A DNA stretch of 54,919 nucleotides, filler included, from Sphacelaria rigidula (GCA_964200075.2; 4 parts of 4 records of this genome joined end to end with filler, not necessarily neighbours in it), one strand, 5' to 3'; shown: positions 25,195 through 37,857, counted from the whole stretch's first letter. Made by a program: numbers and translations. The notes: generated by a model not told the origin, from the letters alone.

Positions 25195-25280
25195 GAAGAA
25201 AAACTCCAACGCATCTGGAATCGAACCCTCGTTCTCTCCAACCTAGTGGCGACAGTCGGACCATTACACCATCGGAGCAT
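25195..25280 (-). mobile_element. tRNA-like head of a putative SINE
   Basis: Minus strand gctccgaTGGTGTAATGGtcc...gagGGTTCGATTCCag contains box A and box B but no proper anticodon arm. The extent of the body is not defined. Confidence 0.5.
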
Positions 25281-25560
25281 TGTTGGAACGAATAAAGCAA
25301 TGTCATGCGGCCGTGGCATTCGCATCTTGCGAGCTAGAGACTTGGGGGCAGATGCTGCTCCTTTTTACCACGTGTGATGAAGCAAGAATGTTTTACCTAG
25401 TTTCGTGCTAATACGCATGTAAGTCGTAAAATCTTGGGAAAAAGACAGTCCATCTGATGTAGCACGTGTTGTTCTGGAGGTCAAACAGGGTGTCTGGGTC
25501 GCGTGATGTTACCCTTGACCTCTGTCGGCGAGGCGTTCCTCCTCTCGTGACCCAATCTTG

Positions 25561-27415
25561 TGTGACATTGTCACTGAAGGTTGAACATAAGATGCGCGGG
25601 ATGATCGAATGCATGTTGCTCGAAAGCGTATCCCCCACCACCTCTTTCTCTTCCACCGAATAACTCACCTGTGGGCTACTTAAAAGCTGCATGATGAGAG
25701 CACCTTCTCGATTATTTTGTGTAAGTTTTAGTCCAACAACGACTTACAGCCTCTGCCAGACGATCTGGACAAGAGGACTATCCACGAGGGACTCCTCCAG
25801 TGACATTGGCCTCGTGCTCGACATGTCCTTTCTTCTCACTTGTTATTATCACGGAGTGATCCTCAACAGACCACATCAAGAGCCAGACAGCAAGGGGTCA
25901 CATAGATGAGGGTCACCAATCCAGGATCCCCTGTCCCCTGCAACTGCTCCAATCATGCGTGCGATTATACTGAAACCTACGGCTTGGTATCATTTGACTA
26001 CAGCACCCCCAAAGCGAGTTCAAGACAAACGAACGAGCTTGACAACCAACAAAAGACCAAGGCGGAATCGCATGGGCCAGATCACAAAGAAATACCATAC
26101 TCCGACGCTAATTTACTAGTTAGCGCCCGAGTCAACCGCATTTTACGCAGTTCCTTCAAAAAAATTCAGGCGCAGAAGAACGAATCTTGCGAAGAGACTC
26201 CCCTGTACGTTCTTCAGCACCGAACCCTTCCCAATCGACCAAAACAATGAATGACATCACCATTGTCGTCCTCAGCGACGTGCACCAAAGCATTCATCCG
26301 ACATCCACCTTGAGCATACGAATGCTGAAATACATGTTCTGGTTCCGCAGTGATGTGCAGCTGCGAGTCAGCATAGAAACGTAAACGAGCGACATGGGCC
26401 GTGTGCACGGCGCCAGAAACAATGTTCTGTACCAAATACACGTGAGCGTGATCGGCTCCGACCACTCGCCACGGACCTGTCCACGTGGACATCAAGTTTG
26501 GCGTCACAACTTTGCCTCCGAACACGGGCATACAACACGAAATCGCCAACTGCAAACTTGGGCAACACAGCCTGACCCTGAGCAAGCTTGCGTTTGGTTT
26601 CGCGAGACACCGCGGCAGCAGCTCGCACTTCGTTACAAAGCCGCACTTGCTCGTCAACCACGCCTCGAACCTTGTCACGCAACAAATCAGCATCCATGAC
26701 ATCGACGTTCTACTCGCCGCTAGTGATAGAAGCCAGCGCGGAAAACGCTGTACGCGGCGTACGCCCAAACATCACACAATACGGAGTGTTACGGTAGCGT
26801 TCACGAAAAGAAGTATTCAACACCCACTGAGCGGCTGGCAAAACATCAACCCATGCAGATACCGGCCGTCACTGTCCCGACGAAATAGACCGCAACGCAC
26901 GAATAACCTCTTTCACCATACGTTCACAAGCACCATTCGACCAAGGGGTATACGCCACAGCAAATTAGTGTTTCACCTTGAGCGCATCACTCAGCTGCGC
27001 GACCACTCAATTCTTGAAGTGCGTGGCGGTATCACTAACCCAAACACGCGGCACCCCCAAAGTTTTGCACCAATGGAGAAGGTGCTTAGCCGTAACCTCG
27101 GCGGTGCAAGCCTCGGTCGGCTCCAAGCGAACGAAATTGGACAAATCATCCATGATAATCAAAACCTAACGAAAAACGTCCTCCTCAGGCAAACCATTAG
27201 CACCTTAAGGTCCGCTACTTCCTGTGTACAGGAAATCAAAGTGAACAACTTCACCTGGCGCAGTGCCACGCACAGTATCGCCATACGGACGAAACCTCAC
27301 CAGCACGAGTGTCTACACAATGCAAACACTGGCGAACAAACTCGCGAACGTGGGAATCCATGTGAGGCCACACACAATGTTCTTTCAAACGAAGCAAAGT
27401 CGGCGACACACCACG
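25561..27415 (-). mobile_element. Ty3/Gypsy LTR retrotransposon 3' part: degenerate integrase, chromodomain-like tail and putative 3' LTR (26002-25561); cut by contig end
   Basis: Integrase C-terminal motifs STWTGPWRVVG and ARLRFYADSQL are shared with the 47704-52608 element. The same gctttgggggtgc|TGT junction precedes the LTR at 26002. Candidate LTR end tgtcaca at 25561. Confidence 0.8.
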
Positions 27416-27515
27416 NNNNNNNNNNNNNNNNNNNNNNNNNNNNNNNNNNNNNNNNNNNNTTAATTAATTAANNNNNNNNNNNNNNNNNNNNNNNNNNNNN
27501 NNNNNNNNNNNNNNN
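27416..27515. other. Artificial contig spacer N44-TTAATTAATTAA-N44
   Basis: Identical to the spacer at 13660. Confidence 0.97.
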
Positions 27516-28320
27516 GAGCGTTTTATCTTTCCTTTGCAGTCCCTCGTCCACGTTCATTGCGCCTCTGGCTTTGGTACTCTATCGTTCAGCGTCTTCATCC
27601 CGTTATGCTCGAGGAACTTGAGCATTTCTACCCCATTCGTGTTCTTCTCTTCCCCGTACTGCCCAATGATATCATCCGGTTGACCCGCTCTCCCTACCCT
27701 TGAATTATGATCTCCCGCTAAGATTACTTCTCCTTGCCTTTTGTACTTACGTATATCTGCTGCTATCTCTCCAAACCTACGCTGAATACCATCCACCGTA
27801 CTCTTCGATTCTCGGGGCATATATAGATGTTCCCTACGAAGAAGTCCTTCGTCCCCCGCTCTTCTGGTACCTTATCCATATGCTCTCGTCAAATTTCGTG
27901 TCATCGATCACTTCTATAATATCACACAGGTATTCCTTGACTAAAAACCCCACTCCCCCCGCTCCCCCGCTCCCCTGCTCTTGTCCTTCTGTCCCATTCG
28001 CTTTTTCCCTATCCATGCGTAGTCTTCAACTTTGCATCCTATTTCTACCCCCTCTTTCTCCAATGGTCACACGACTAAGGCAAGCAACAAATGAGTACGC
28101 CCCCCCCCTCTTTCTCCCATGACTCTTGGATTCCTACGATATCTAGGTCGTGTTTACTCACCTGTTGCGCTATCTCTCCTCGTTGGCGCTTGTCTGTGGC
28201 GAATCCACACACGCTCCACGATCCTACTCTCAGCTTCCTTTCCGAATCATCATCTGCTCTCTTGTTGTTTCCCATCCTCTTCCTGTGTCTTCTACATTCC
28301 CGTGCTTGATTGTTTTAACT
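27516..28320 (-). mobile_element. LINE ORF2 apurinic-like (EEP) endonuclease domain, disrupted; cut by contig end
   Basis: LRVGSWSVCGF...DLDIVGIQESW, GGVGFLVKEYL, ESIWIR, VILAGDHNSRVG and NTNGVEMLKFL...LNDR are canonical APE-type LINE endonuclease motifs. Frameshifts and a small insertion are present. Confidence 0.88.
28062..28103 (+). mobile_element. About 40-bp extreme 3' fragment of the poly(C)-tailed LINE inserted in the endonuclease ORF, with a 14-bp TSD
   Basis: aatggtcacacgactaaggcaagcaacaaatgagtacgcccc is flanked by exact direct repeats ccccctctttctcc (28048-28061 and 28104-28117). Removing the insert and one repeat restores QESWEKEGVEIGCKVEDYAWIGKKR. Confidence 0.8.
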
Positions 28321-29928
28321 ATAGCGATATAATACGGTAACATAGTGGATGTTGAAGCAACCAACGATGGTGACGATAACTGTGCGATGTCCCATGATAC
28401 AGTGACTACCGCGCGTGATGATAGGAATGCAATGCCGAGTACACTACTCTACTATATAATGACGCAACTAACGGCGATGGAGATCACGACGCACTCCTGT
28501 CCAACAATATAGTAGCCGCTGCTAACGTCGATGGGAATGCGCTTTCGAGCTCTCAGGCGACTATCTACGTTAGCAACAATCGCACGGGTACTTCTGAGGG
28601 TTCGGTGACTCACGCCGACTTTACTATTGATGTTGATATTGGTAGTGCACACCAGGGGATAAACTTGCTGCAAGGGCTGGACACATCACACATTGATGGT
28701 GTGGACACGCTTCTTCTCCCTCGCGATACTGGTGACTATCTGGCAGGATATCCGTCCGTTTGAAGACATACATCGGTATTGCTTATCCCTGTTCACCCGT
28801 AGCCATTGGGATCGAGACAATCAGCGGTATCTGGTTGATCATGCTGAAATACTTTCACCAGCTGGTACCTGGCAGGCTCCAACACAGGACAAAGCGATTA
28901 TAGGTGCTACCAAAGGAAAGCCGCACAATAATGATGATGGTGGGGTGACGACGATGATGATGATGATGATGATGGGATCGACCTGTTGGTTCGGCGCCGA
29001 ACTAAGGCACCTCGAATCGATAAACCGAGCGACATTTTTTCACGCTTGCTAGGAAAATAATCGAGAGGAATATATGTGTACGCCCCAATATTCCGTCGAC
29101 GTCGGGTATTCCAACTGTGTCATGCTATTACACTCACCCACCGTGGTATTTTGATCATTTGATGCCTGTACGATATATTCGGCGGTGGATCCGACACTAT
29201 TTTGCTCAGTAATAAATATCCCTCATTTTGTGAGCGGGGAACTACGGGATATACACAGGTCCATGAATATTATCTGGTAGCTTCTTGAACGTTGGAAAAC
29301 GGGCAATTGTGTCTTGTCCTAGAATTAAAAAATGTTGATTTATGGCTTGCGAATAGACCGCGGATTGTGGCTCCTGAGCGGACTGAAGATAATGTTTCCC
29401 GAGCAGTCGTGATAGGGTGGTTCAATGCCCACGCCTATTTAGTCCTTTCCTACTCCCGTGCCCACCTAATTTTCTCCGAGTGGAGATAAATAAATACTAT
29501 AACATAGACTTAACACACACCATCTTCATCTCCTTCAGATACACTGCAAGAGGGCAGCATTTTTATGGGGGTGTTGTCGCTGCATCGCCATCTGACCAAC
29601 ACGATCATTTGGAAATGTTTGGCATGCCAAGCTCGAAAAACGTGCAATCAAACTATCCGTTGATCGGTGGTCTCAATACCTTCACGGAGTGATTCTGGCG
29701 AGATTGTATCGCTGGGCTATTATAGACAAATGTGCCTCACCGATAGTGGTAACAGACATGCTTTGCTCTTTGCTAATACGTTCAGTTGACATACTGTCAT
29801 GGAAACCGTGTTGAAGGAGAATTTCATCGTGGTGCCACAGTGTTGCCCACTGCCAAAGCGTTGCTTCGAAAAGTTGCTGTCGGACAATGGCATGCAATTT
29901 TTGGGTAGCTTGCCAGTCGCTACCGGTA

Positions 29929-30013
29929 GAGGTATCTCAAACTCGAGGTTCCCAGTATATTTAACAGTAATTTACAGTCAAATATACCGGGAATCTCGAG
30001 TTTGAGATACCTC
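29929..30013. mobile_element. 85-bp hairpin MITE with TA target duplication (Tc1/mariner-type)
   Basis: TA|gaggtatctcaaactcgaggttcccagtatattt...aaatataccgggaatctcgagtttgagatacctc|TA is a near-perfect palindrome. Confidence 0.8.
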
Positions 30014-33000
30014 TAGTAAGCTGCCATGCACACTGAATAGTTTTGCTAATTTCCCTCATCCGATGACAAACGGTGGTGCGTAACGAGTAAACCATGTCGT
30101 GGGGCGAACACGATCTCCCGTGGTGACTGAAGGACGACCCGACCGGGCGGGATTCGCATGACTTGCAACTGCCATTCATTCAACCAAAGTACAACAACTC
30201 TAACAACTCTGCTAATACCGCCGCATGATTGCTCCCACATGAAGTTCACATTCATAGAACTCATCCTATTTTTGACCGGCAGAGCGTCAGCGGATATCAG
30301 AGCTATTCCAGAGTATCGTTCTGCTCTCAGCTTTTGGATGAGGATGGCGTATGAGTTGGTACGAAAACAGAGTAAGATAAACCTTGCCAAGGCGACCAGC
30401 GCCAAATCTGTAAGAGATACCGTAATGCACGAGTCACCGGCTCGGAACGCTGGGCAGGGAGTTTATATGTATTTTGAGGCTAGAGTTCTCCCTCGATGCG
30501 CCAGATCCAAGCCAGAATTTTGGGTATAGTAATGAAAGCGATACTCGCTATGAGTTGGACTAGACCGTGGGAAGTCTTTCCTGTCGAACCTTGTGCGATC
30601 ACCCTTGACGACTGATCAGTAGGTGAAGTACTCTCGTGTTTGCTCTTGTCCTCGGATATTCCGACCGATGAAGGCGGGCTCATGCTCAAGAGTAGGTTGA
30701 ATTTTTGTCGTTGTAAAGCTTAATTATAGCTCCGCATGATCTCCGCGACATGACGAGACAGTTGCCTCTAGGATTAAGCCAGTACATATGTTGACTGAGC
30801 ATGCGATCGAAACCTCACCATTCCACATAAGCAGGAAAACGTTAGCCCACCTGCAGAAGGTGTTGCGATAAAGAAGACTAACTATTTCTGGGTATCGATT
30901 GGTGCGGGGACGAGGAGGCAAATCAGCTGCGATATGTGAAATGCATTGGCCTGGTTTGACTGATGAAATATCGCACAGAGAGACAAATTTAGCCGGGTTT
31001 CGTTTTGATATCCTCATATATTGGATGAGATATTTCGCGCAGCATCATCTTATGAGTTAGCGCTACAGAACCATGTGCAAAGGTGGAGCGATTCGGGAAC
31101 TTGCTCGTTAGAAAGGTCGGTGTAACTCGTCAATAGTGGGTGTAGTCTGTTTTCCCGCGCACAGGGAGGAAAATCTTTCCACAGACAGGATTTGCCCAAG
31201 GGGGCACGATTTTTGGTGGAGAGCATTGCATGCTTTGTGGTGGTTGTGAAAAATCCATCTCGCAGACCCTGCGGCTGGACGTTCGTTTCACATACGACTT
31301 TTCAGGCCTTTGGCTGTCAGGATGGGTGATGTTGGTCTCATGGTCGTTCTTCAAGTGTATTCTTCAAATGGATTCTTCAAGCGGAGGTGATGCCGACTCA
31401 ATACAAGACCCACCCTGGCGATCAAAGGGTTGAGATGATTCTGGACAGATTCGACAACGATTACTTCAAAGAAGGAACTGAGGCGCGCATAGGGTCATGG
31501 TGTCATGGTGGCTTGAACGGTGAGAGGCCGAGACCATCGGCATAACTGCGCTGCGGAACGAGAATATGCGAGACCAGGAAACTGGGGCTACACGTAGCAC
31601 TGAACTGGAACCTTTTGATTCAATCGGATTTTACGTCCTCTTTTGTGCCACGTAGTTTCGCATCGCGAGTTGCTTGTTGGTGACCCTTGAAGTAGCGTGC
31701 GTTTTCTCCTAGAGGAGTGGATCACCTTCGTATACCATCATTTTCTGGACATCTGTAGTTGTGACGAGACGATTGAGGAAGAGTATGCCTTCACCGAGTG
31801 ATATACCTTTCAGTCTTGATTAGTAATTTCTGTTTTGACCATCGTTTTCTGCCTTTACCTTCTCCTTCGCAATTGCTTTTGTGTCTCTATGGTGACGTTG
31901 ATCATTTTTGTCCCCATTTCTCCTCTCCTGAGGCTGGATAAAGTGACACACCGGTTACTACTCACTACTTGAAAAACGAATCTCTCGTTTAGCCATGCCG
32001 GAATACATGTGCCACAGTACAACGCGCAATGACGTACGGATTTGTATTAAAACGCATCAGGAGTCAAAAACAGGAATTTCCGGTCAGCTTCTATGTTTTA
32101 CGTGACTGAAACGTGTATTCAGACAATCCAGGTGTATAATGTTTGACGTAGATCAACCGTTCGACGGAAAAAATCTTTCTTTCTGGTGACTAGCTAGTTA
32201 TTTAATCAACTAATGATATTCATTTCTTGTGCAGTCTTGTCATGTACAAAAAATGTTGAAGCTAGTGGGTGATGGTTAGGCCACAGTTGGATTTTCCGGT
32301 GTCGACAAGGCCACATCAATTGCCCATCGAGGATGACGTTCATCTGTGCCGCACCTATTGGTGATGGCTTTGTTGAGAGTATGTGGCTGTATGCACGGAT
32401 GAAGGCAAACGTACACCGCTCGTCACAAAACCCATGTGATGGGTGTCGTTGTTCATGTTCATGTCACCCTCGATAAATCACGGAACCACTGACCCAATTA
32501 TTCTACTCCGCATGCGCACATGAACGGAGCCCTTGGACCGCTTCTTGCGGAGTTTGAAAAGTACATTATCATAGTTCGAGGGGAAGGGGGAGGGGGAGGA
32601 GCGTCATTTTTTCACTTATTTTCCTTCTCAAAACTTGTTTTGTAATCTACTTGAAGCTTTGCACGCCCAATGGGCAGACGTGACTTTTCACGGACGGGAT
32701 TGTACTTGATCGTGGGACTACAGATTTGTAGATTGGACGCAACCTGAAAAGAAGGCAGAATAGAATACGCATCGTGTCGTGCAGAAGATTCCCTATTCTA
32801 GCCCCCCCCGCGTGCACATGGGGGCGTTTGATTGATTTTTTTTTTTCATTTTCGCACTCGAACTGACCCCCCAGGGATCCAGCTGTGTTCACATGCGTGT
32901 TCGGCTGTATCGTCTTCTCAATTTTCGATCCATTGTGAAAGTCGGGGGGATCCTCGAAGAGTTAGTTGGATGAGTCGACTTTCGTTGGGAAATTTCTCAA

Positions 33001-33199
33001 ATAGCTCCAAGTGTCAAACATGTTTCTTGGAAAAATTGTTGCACAAAAGTTGATGTCAGATAAATCTATCCGAAAACGACCAGAAGAAGGTCGTGCAAAC
33101 TGAATGTTGTCACGGCAAAAGTGCCGTCAACTTCCAGTTACAAAATTCATCGTTACAAATATATGTGCATCCATCCACATGCTCTGGCCATGCCAAACA

Positions 33200-33860
33200 C
33201 GGCCGGAATACGTATTGTTCAGAATTCTGTCACGACCCAAATGGTCTGGGGCCCCTTGCTACAACACCAGTTTCTCGAGTACGAAAATCAGGCATCGCAG
33301 GCACCAATAACCTACGGACAGTTGGAACCGAACGAGCAGCGCCGATTGCCGTGTCAGAAATCGCCAAAACGTAGCATAACACGCTTCAACACGCTAGCAA
33401 CTATAGCCCACATGCCGCGGTTGAATTGTACGAAATGCCGCCACACCACAAAATTCAGACGCGACAGATACGTAAAACCCGATAGTGTAGAAACAGTCAA
33501 CACCGTAGAGAGAGTAGTCACCCAGTCGGTTCAGTTCACATCACAGTACAGTAGCCCTGTCGTGATCTTGACCGTCAGGAGGCTTTTCGAAATCGGATCC
33601 TCAACACAGTACATCGTGGTGCAGCGGATTCAGCTAGTTACACTACATCCAACACGTCAGCTGCACTACCCGAAATTAAACTTACAGTGGACACGTGTGC
33701 GAGTATTCAACAAGGCGATATCTACATTGCTACTACACACAACGATCCACTACGCTTCCACGCGGCAGCAACTCGCTGATATCGAAACGAAATTCCTGAG
33801 CAAGAAGCATCACCGGTACCTCATTGATTGACAAAATCAAGAGTTTCGGTGTGATGAGAA
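33200..33860 (+). mobile_element. Degenerate Ty1/Copia RT-RNase H 3' end
   Basis: The frame ends TIHYASTRQQLADIETKFLSKKHHRYLI and continues, after a frameshift, as DKIKSFG. This is the Copia terminal IHYVxTxxQLADIxTK motif. A purine/G-rich tract follows (possible PPT). Confidence 0.65.
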
Positions 33861-34310
33861 TCTTGACCAAGAATCTTCGGCGTCAACCACGTCGTCATCA
33901 GACAAAATAAGGGGGGGGGGGGGGGGGCATCGGTTTTAACGGGGCCGGCAATTGGAAGTACTGAATTTCCACGCCATCAATCCGCGCCCGACNNNNNNNN
34001 NNACACACCTGTGTCGCCCAACACGGAAAGAGAAGAAGAAAAGGGGGGGGGGGGGGGGGGGAGCATCTGTGTTAACGGTGACGGCAATTGGAAGTACTGT
34101 ACTTCCACTGCATCAATCCGCGCTCGACTGTGAAAATGACGGTAATCACTACCCGTTGTGCAGTTCGTTTTTCGAAATGGATTTCAAATGTTTTCAGATT
34201 TGTTGCATGATCGCTGTCTTGATCCGGTTTTCGATAATCCTGTGTGACTTTCTAGCAGTATCGGCATTGCAAAGAGAGTACAAGTACGAGCTGGGCCGGC
34301 CGTGAAACGT

Positions 34311-34689
34311 CACACGCGGCCATTCGGCTACCCCAAAAATACTCTGTTCCGGTTGACTTTTCGAGCCTCCAGAGGAATTAAACGCCTCCAGAGGGCGCGC
34401 GGCCCTCCAGAGGGATAGGACCATACGCCTCCAGAGGCTTGTCTTGCCTCTGGAGGGCCGCGCATCCCTCCGGAGGAATCTGGAGAATGCGCGGCCCTCC
34501 AGAGCACCATCTTTTTGTTACTCTCGAGGAATTTAGAGCTTAGAAGTCACTGGAGCATCAGATGCCTTCCAGAGGATTTGTTTTCGACTGCACCTGGGAA
34601 TGAAATAGCCTCTAGGAGGCATTTTACCCTTGAGAGGATGAAGTTCGCGATATAGGGTTTTTATGGGAGTAGCCGAATGGCTGCGTGTG
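34311..34689. mobile_element. MITE with CAC-starting TIRs and a 2-bp (GT) TSD, EnSpm/CACTA-like
   Basis: Left end cacacgcggccattcggctacccc and right end ggagtagccgaatggctgcgtgtg are inverted repeats, with GT on both flanks. There are about 9-10 internal copies of quasi-palindromic CCTCCAGAGG/CCTCTGGAGG. Confidence 0.75.
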
Positions 34690-35064
34690 GTGCGTACCCC
34701 GAGCACACAATAATTTCTCAATTCCCAGCCTAATGTAAGTATATCGCTGTAAACTGCAGAACAACCTGGTCATGCACGCTCAGCCGCTAAAAAAATAAGA
34801 AAAAAATGTATCGTATAATATACGACCTGAACGACGGAACTAAATTCTGCGAAATAGAAACATAATATATATGTCGGTATTTGAGCTTGTCATCTCCACA
34901 ACTAAAGATTCCTGTATCACTTGGATCACTGGGGAAGAGCGGTGTCACACAAAAAATTCCACGCTGGGCCCGATTTTATGAGTTTTAGGCCGGCATTTCA
35001 CCAGGATCTCCTCCGCGAAAGAAAAAAACGCGACCGAGGATGCCGCCTTCATTTTTCCATGTGT

Positions 35065-35553
35065 TAGGCCGGATGTTATGACATGCAGGTTTTTGGCCGA
35101 CGGATTTTTCACTTTTGCGATGTTTGATCCAATTTTTGACCCCCAAACAGGGAAAATCGCCAACAAAAACGTCTTGGACACTTTGCATCACTCCACAGAG
35201 AGGAGCCCAACCCAATTTTCAGATTCTCTTGGCTCCAAGGTTTCCAGAGTGGCCGCTGAACAATATTCCGTGTGCAATAAAATCTACGGCGATCTCCACA
35301 GGTTATTCGGCAAACTGCCGTATGCTGGCAAGCACAGATTATTGCACGCGAATTATTGTTCAGCGGCCAATCTCGAAAGCCTCGGAGCCAAGCGAATCTG
35401 AAAAGTAGACGAGGCTCCTCTCTGTGGGGTGATGCAAAGTGTCCGATAAGCGTGTTGGCGATTTCCCCTGGTAGGGGATCAAAAAGTGAGTCAAACGTCC
35501 CGAAGTAAATATTCCGTGGGCCAAAAATCTGTTCGCCATAAAATCCGGCCTTA
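35065..35553. repeat. Long degenerate palindrome (foldback element), arms about 220 bp
   Basis: 35065-35290 (...ggacactttgcatcactccacagagaggagcc...ttttcagattctcttggctcc...ggccgctgaacaata...gtgcaataa) mirrors 35335-35553 (ttattgcac...tattgttcagcggcc...ggagccaagcgaatctgaaaa...ggctcctctctgtggggtgatgcaaagtgtcc...). Confidence 0.8.
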
Positions 35554-36159
35554 TGACAGTTTCTAGTTTTATTGTTGAAATTTCAAATCGCTCTTGTTCC
35601 CTGTTTTTTTTCTTGGCATCCCACAAATGCTGCGCGTGTCGACGATAAAGCTTCTCAAAAATTAACGCTTGACTTCTCGAATTGAGTCCGCCGAATCACT
35701 TGACAAAAAAACTGCCGGCTGGCCCACGTCGTAGTCTTCCTGAAGGTACAACATTCGCGTGCGATTTGTATTTCTCACAAGGCAATATTAACTCACACAG
35801 AATAGTATGCGAATTGTTCATCGACTAGCAATCAATCACTGTACTGTCGTGATAGAAATGAAATGGTTTGACACATGACAAGGATGTGGAAAAAAACTGT
35901 AACATCAATTGAAAAATTGTATGATCGCTATCGTGTCGACGCAAGTTCCAAAGCACGAAGCCCCATATCAAGATGGCATACTTGGAGGGAGTGGGAAAGG
36001 CAGTCATCGGGGTTGATTGGATGCAAGTGACAAACCAGCAGGCCACTTTAATTGAGGGGGGGGCGTTGAGGATCGGTTTTGGCTCAGACTATCCGGGCAA
36101 TGCTCAGTAGCAAAGCGCAGGTAGGACAAAGCGCAGGCAGGTACTGTATTTGAAGCATA

Positions 36160-37709
36160 CAGGCTGGTTCACGGTGATCACCCAAAATTGTGTCATCAGC
36201 AAATGTCTTCCGCAATACCCACTCAATAGTGGCATAAATGGTATCATACTGACTGACCGCAATGAAGAGGCGAAGAGGGTGACATAGCCGGGTTTTTGTT
36301 TAAGGTCGTAGCGGTGGCGCTATGGACGAAAATGTGTCTCAGTCAATCAGCGCCGCCCTTCAAACTGTTCCGAGATCTGAATTACGAATACCAAGCCCAA
36401 TTTTCACCCAATCTCTACATGCTTCAAATCGAACCGTCATCGACATGGGAATCTAACGAGAAAATCATGGTGTTCAAACGGTAACTACGGGGGTCGAATT
36501 ATACCGGAAACCGTGATGTTTCGGTGATGTCGGGTGTCGGCGTCGTCAAATTTCCACTAGTAATGATACGCACGAAAGGCCCAGGGAGCCTCGTGACGGT
36601 GTCCCCTATATCTGCTGTAGAAAAGCTCAGATCGCCGTCAAACTCGGCTGTTCCGTAGGTATTGATGCTCAAAATGGGAAACTTGTATTCTTGACAGTAT
36701 ATTATCATGTTTTCTCCGTTCTCTACCGGCTTCGGGGGCTCCCAGCATGAAGACCCCCCGGAAAGCGCTGCAGAATGCCCTGAAAGGAAAATAATGAAAT
36801 GCTGCGTCCCGGGAGAGTCCAAGGAAAAACATGTACAAAGTCTGGTGGAGAAACTCGAAAACCTCGTACAGTTTTTCTTGCCTTGAGGCCAAATTCACCC
36901 CAGAAGACGTTTTCATACTAAGACCAAGTAGTTAGGAGTTGCACGTTTCAAGCCCACGTCCTCCACAAACGCGCAAAATTTCACGCTGTAATTAGGAGTT
37001 AGATCCTGAAACTTCGCATACATATGCTATGTATCATTACGCAACTTTCTACGGACGATGTTTTTTGTACTTCTGGACTTTTTTTACCGTTTTTCGGGGT
37101 TCCGACGGGATCGCAGTCGTTTTTCGAAGTAGTCTCCATTCTGGGACTCCAGAAAAACGGTACTACGATATTTTTTTCTCATTTGTTCGCAAACTAACTG
37201 CCTCCGCAAAACCCAAGGATGGGCTCCCCAAATTTTCGTCGCAAAACTCGATCAGATGATGCTTGAATTTCCATGTTCACGTCAAACAAGGCCCAAAAAT
37301 GCTGTTTTGTTACTGAAACCAAGTAGTCTGCGGTTTCACCGCGGCACGGCAAAGTTCATCGCACAAAAGCGAAAAACCTCACGCCGTTTTAAGGAGTTAG
37401 ACACTGAAATTTTGTACAACAACTGTACTTTGGATCATTACGCAACTTCGGATGAATGTGGTTTTTATTTTTTCTTGTTACCGTTTTCCGGGGGTCCAGT
37501 TGGGTCGAGGTTTCCCCCCCCAAAAAGGGGACCCCCAAAAAAACGGCGAAAAAATTAAAAAAAATAGAAAAATAAGAAAACCCGACTTTCGAAAGTTGCG
37601 TAATTACCCATAATAAAGCATTCGCGCAGAATTTCAGGGTCTAACTCCCGAAAACGGCGTGAGGTTTTGCCGACGAGTATTATTTGGGTGATCACCGTGA
37701 ACCAGCCTG
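36160..37709. mobile_element. 1.55-kb non-autonomous Tc1/mariner-type DNA transposon
   Basis: Perfect 27-bp TIR caggctggttcacggtgatcacccaaa / tttgggtgatcaccgtgaaccagcctg with TA on both flanks. No transposase ORF. Confidence 0.85.
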
Positions 37710-37754
37710 TAGTAACTGTTGTGCTGCATTTACCGTACCGTTTGGCGTTTGGCG

Positions 37755-37857
37755 TCGTCTCTATATGCGGAGCAATCGCTGCCGGTTAAAGTTTTCACAC
37801 GCACTACACGGGTGTGAAAACTTTAACCGGCAGCGACTGCTCCGCATATAGAGACGA
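37755..37857. repeat. Near-perfect 103-bp hairpin (46-bp arms, 1 mismatch); probable MITE
   Basis: tcgtctctatatgcggagcaatcgctgccggttaaagttttcacac - 11-nt loop - gtgtgaaaactttaaccggcagcgactgctccgcatatagagacga. Confidence 0.85.

Noticed and set aside
33121-33831. Novel 236-aa protein
   Set aside because: The C-terminus is a Copia RNase H motif; the rest looks like drifted retroelement sequence with a non-ATG start.
33911-34130. Tandem duplication around the 10-N gap
   Set aside because: The same roughly 65 nt follows a G-run on both sides of an internal gap, and the first copy looks error-rich. This is probably an unmerged contig overlap.
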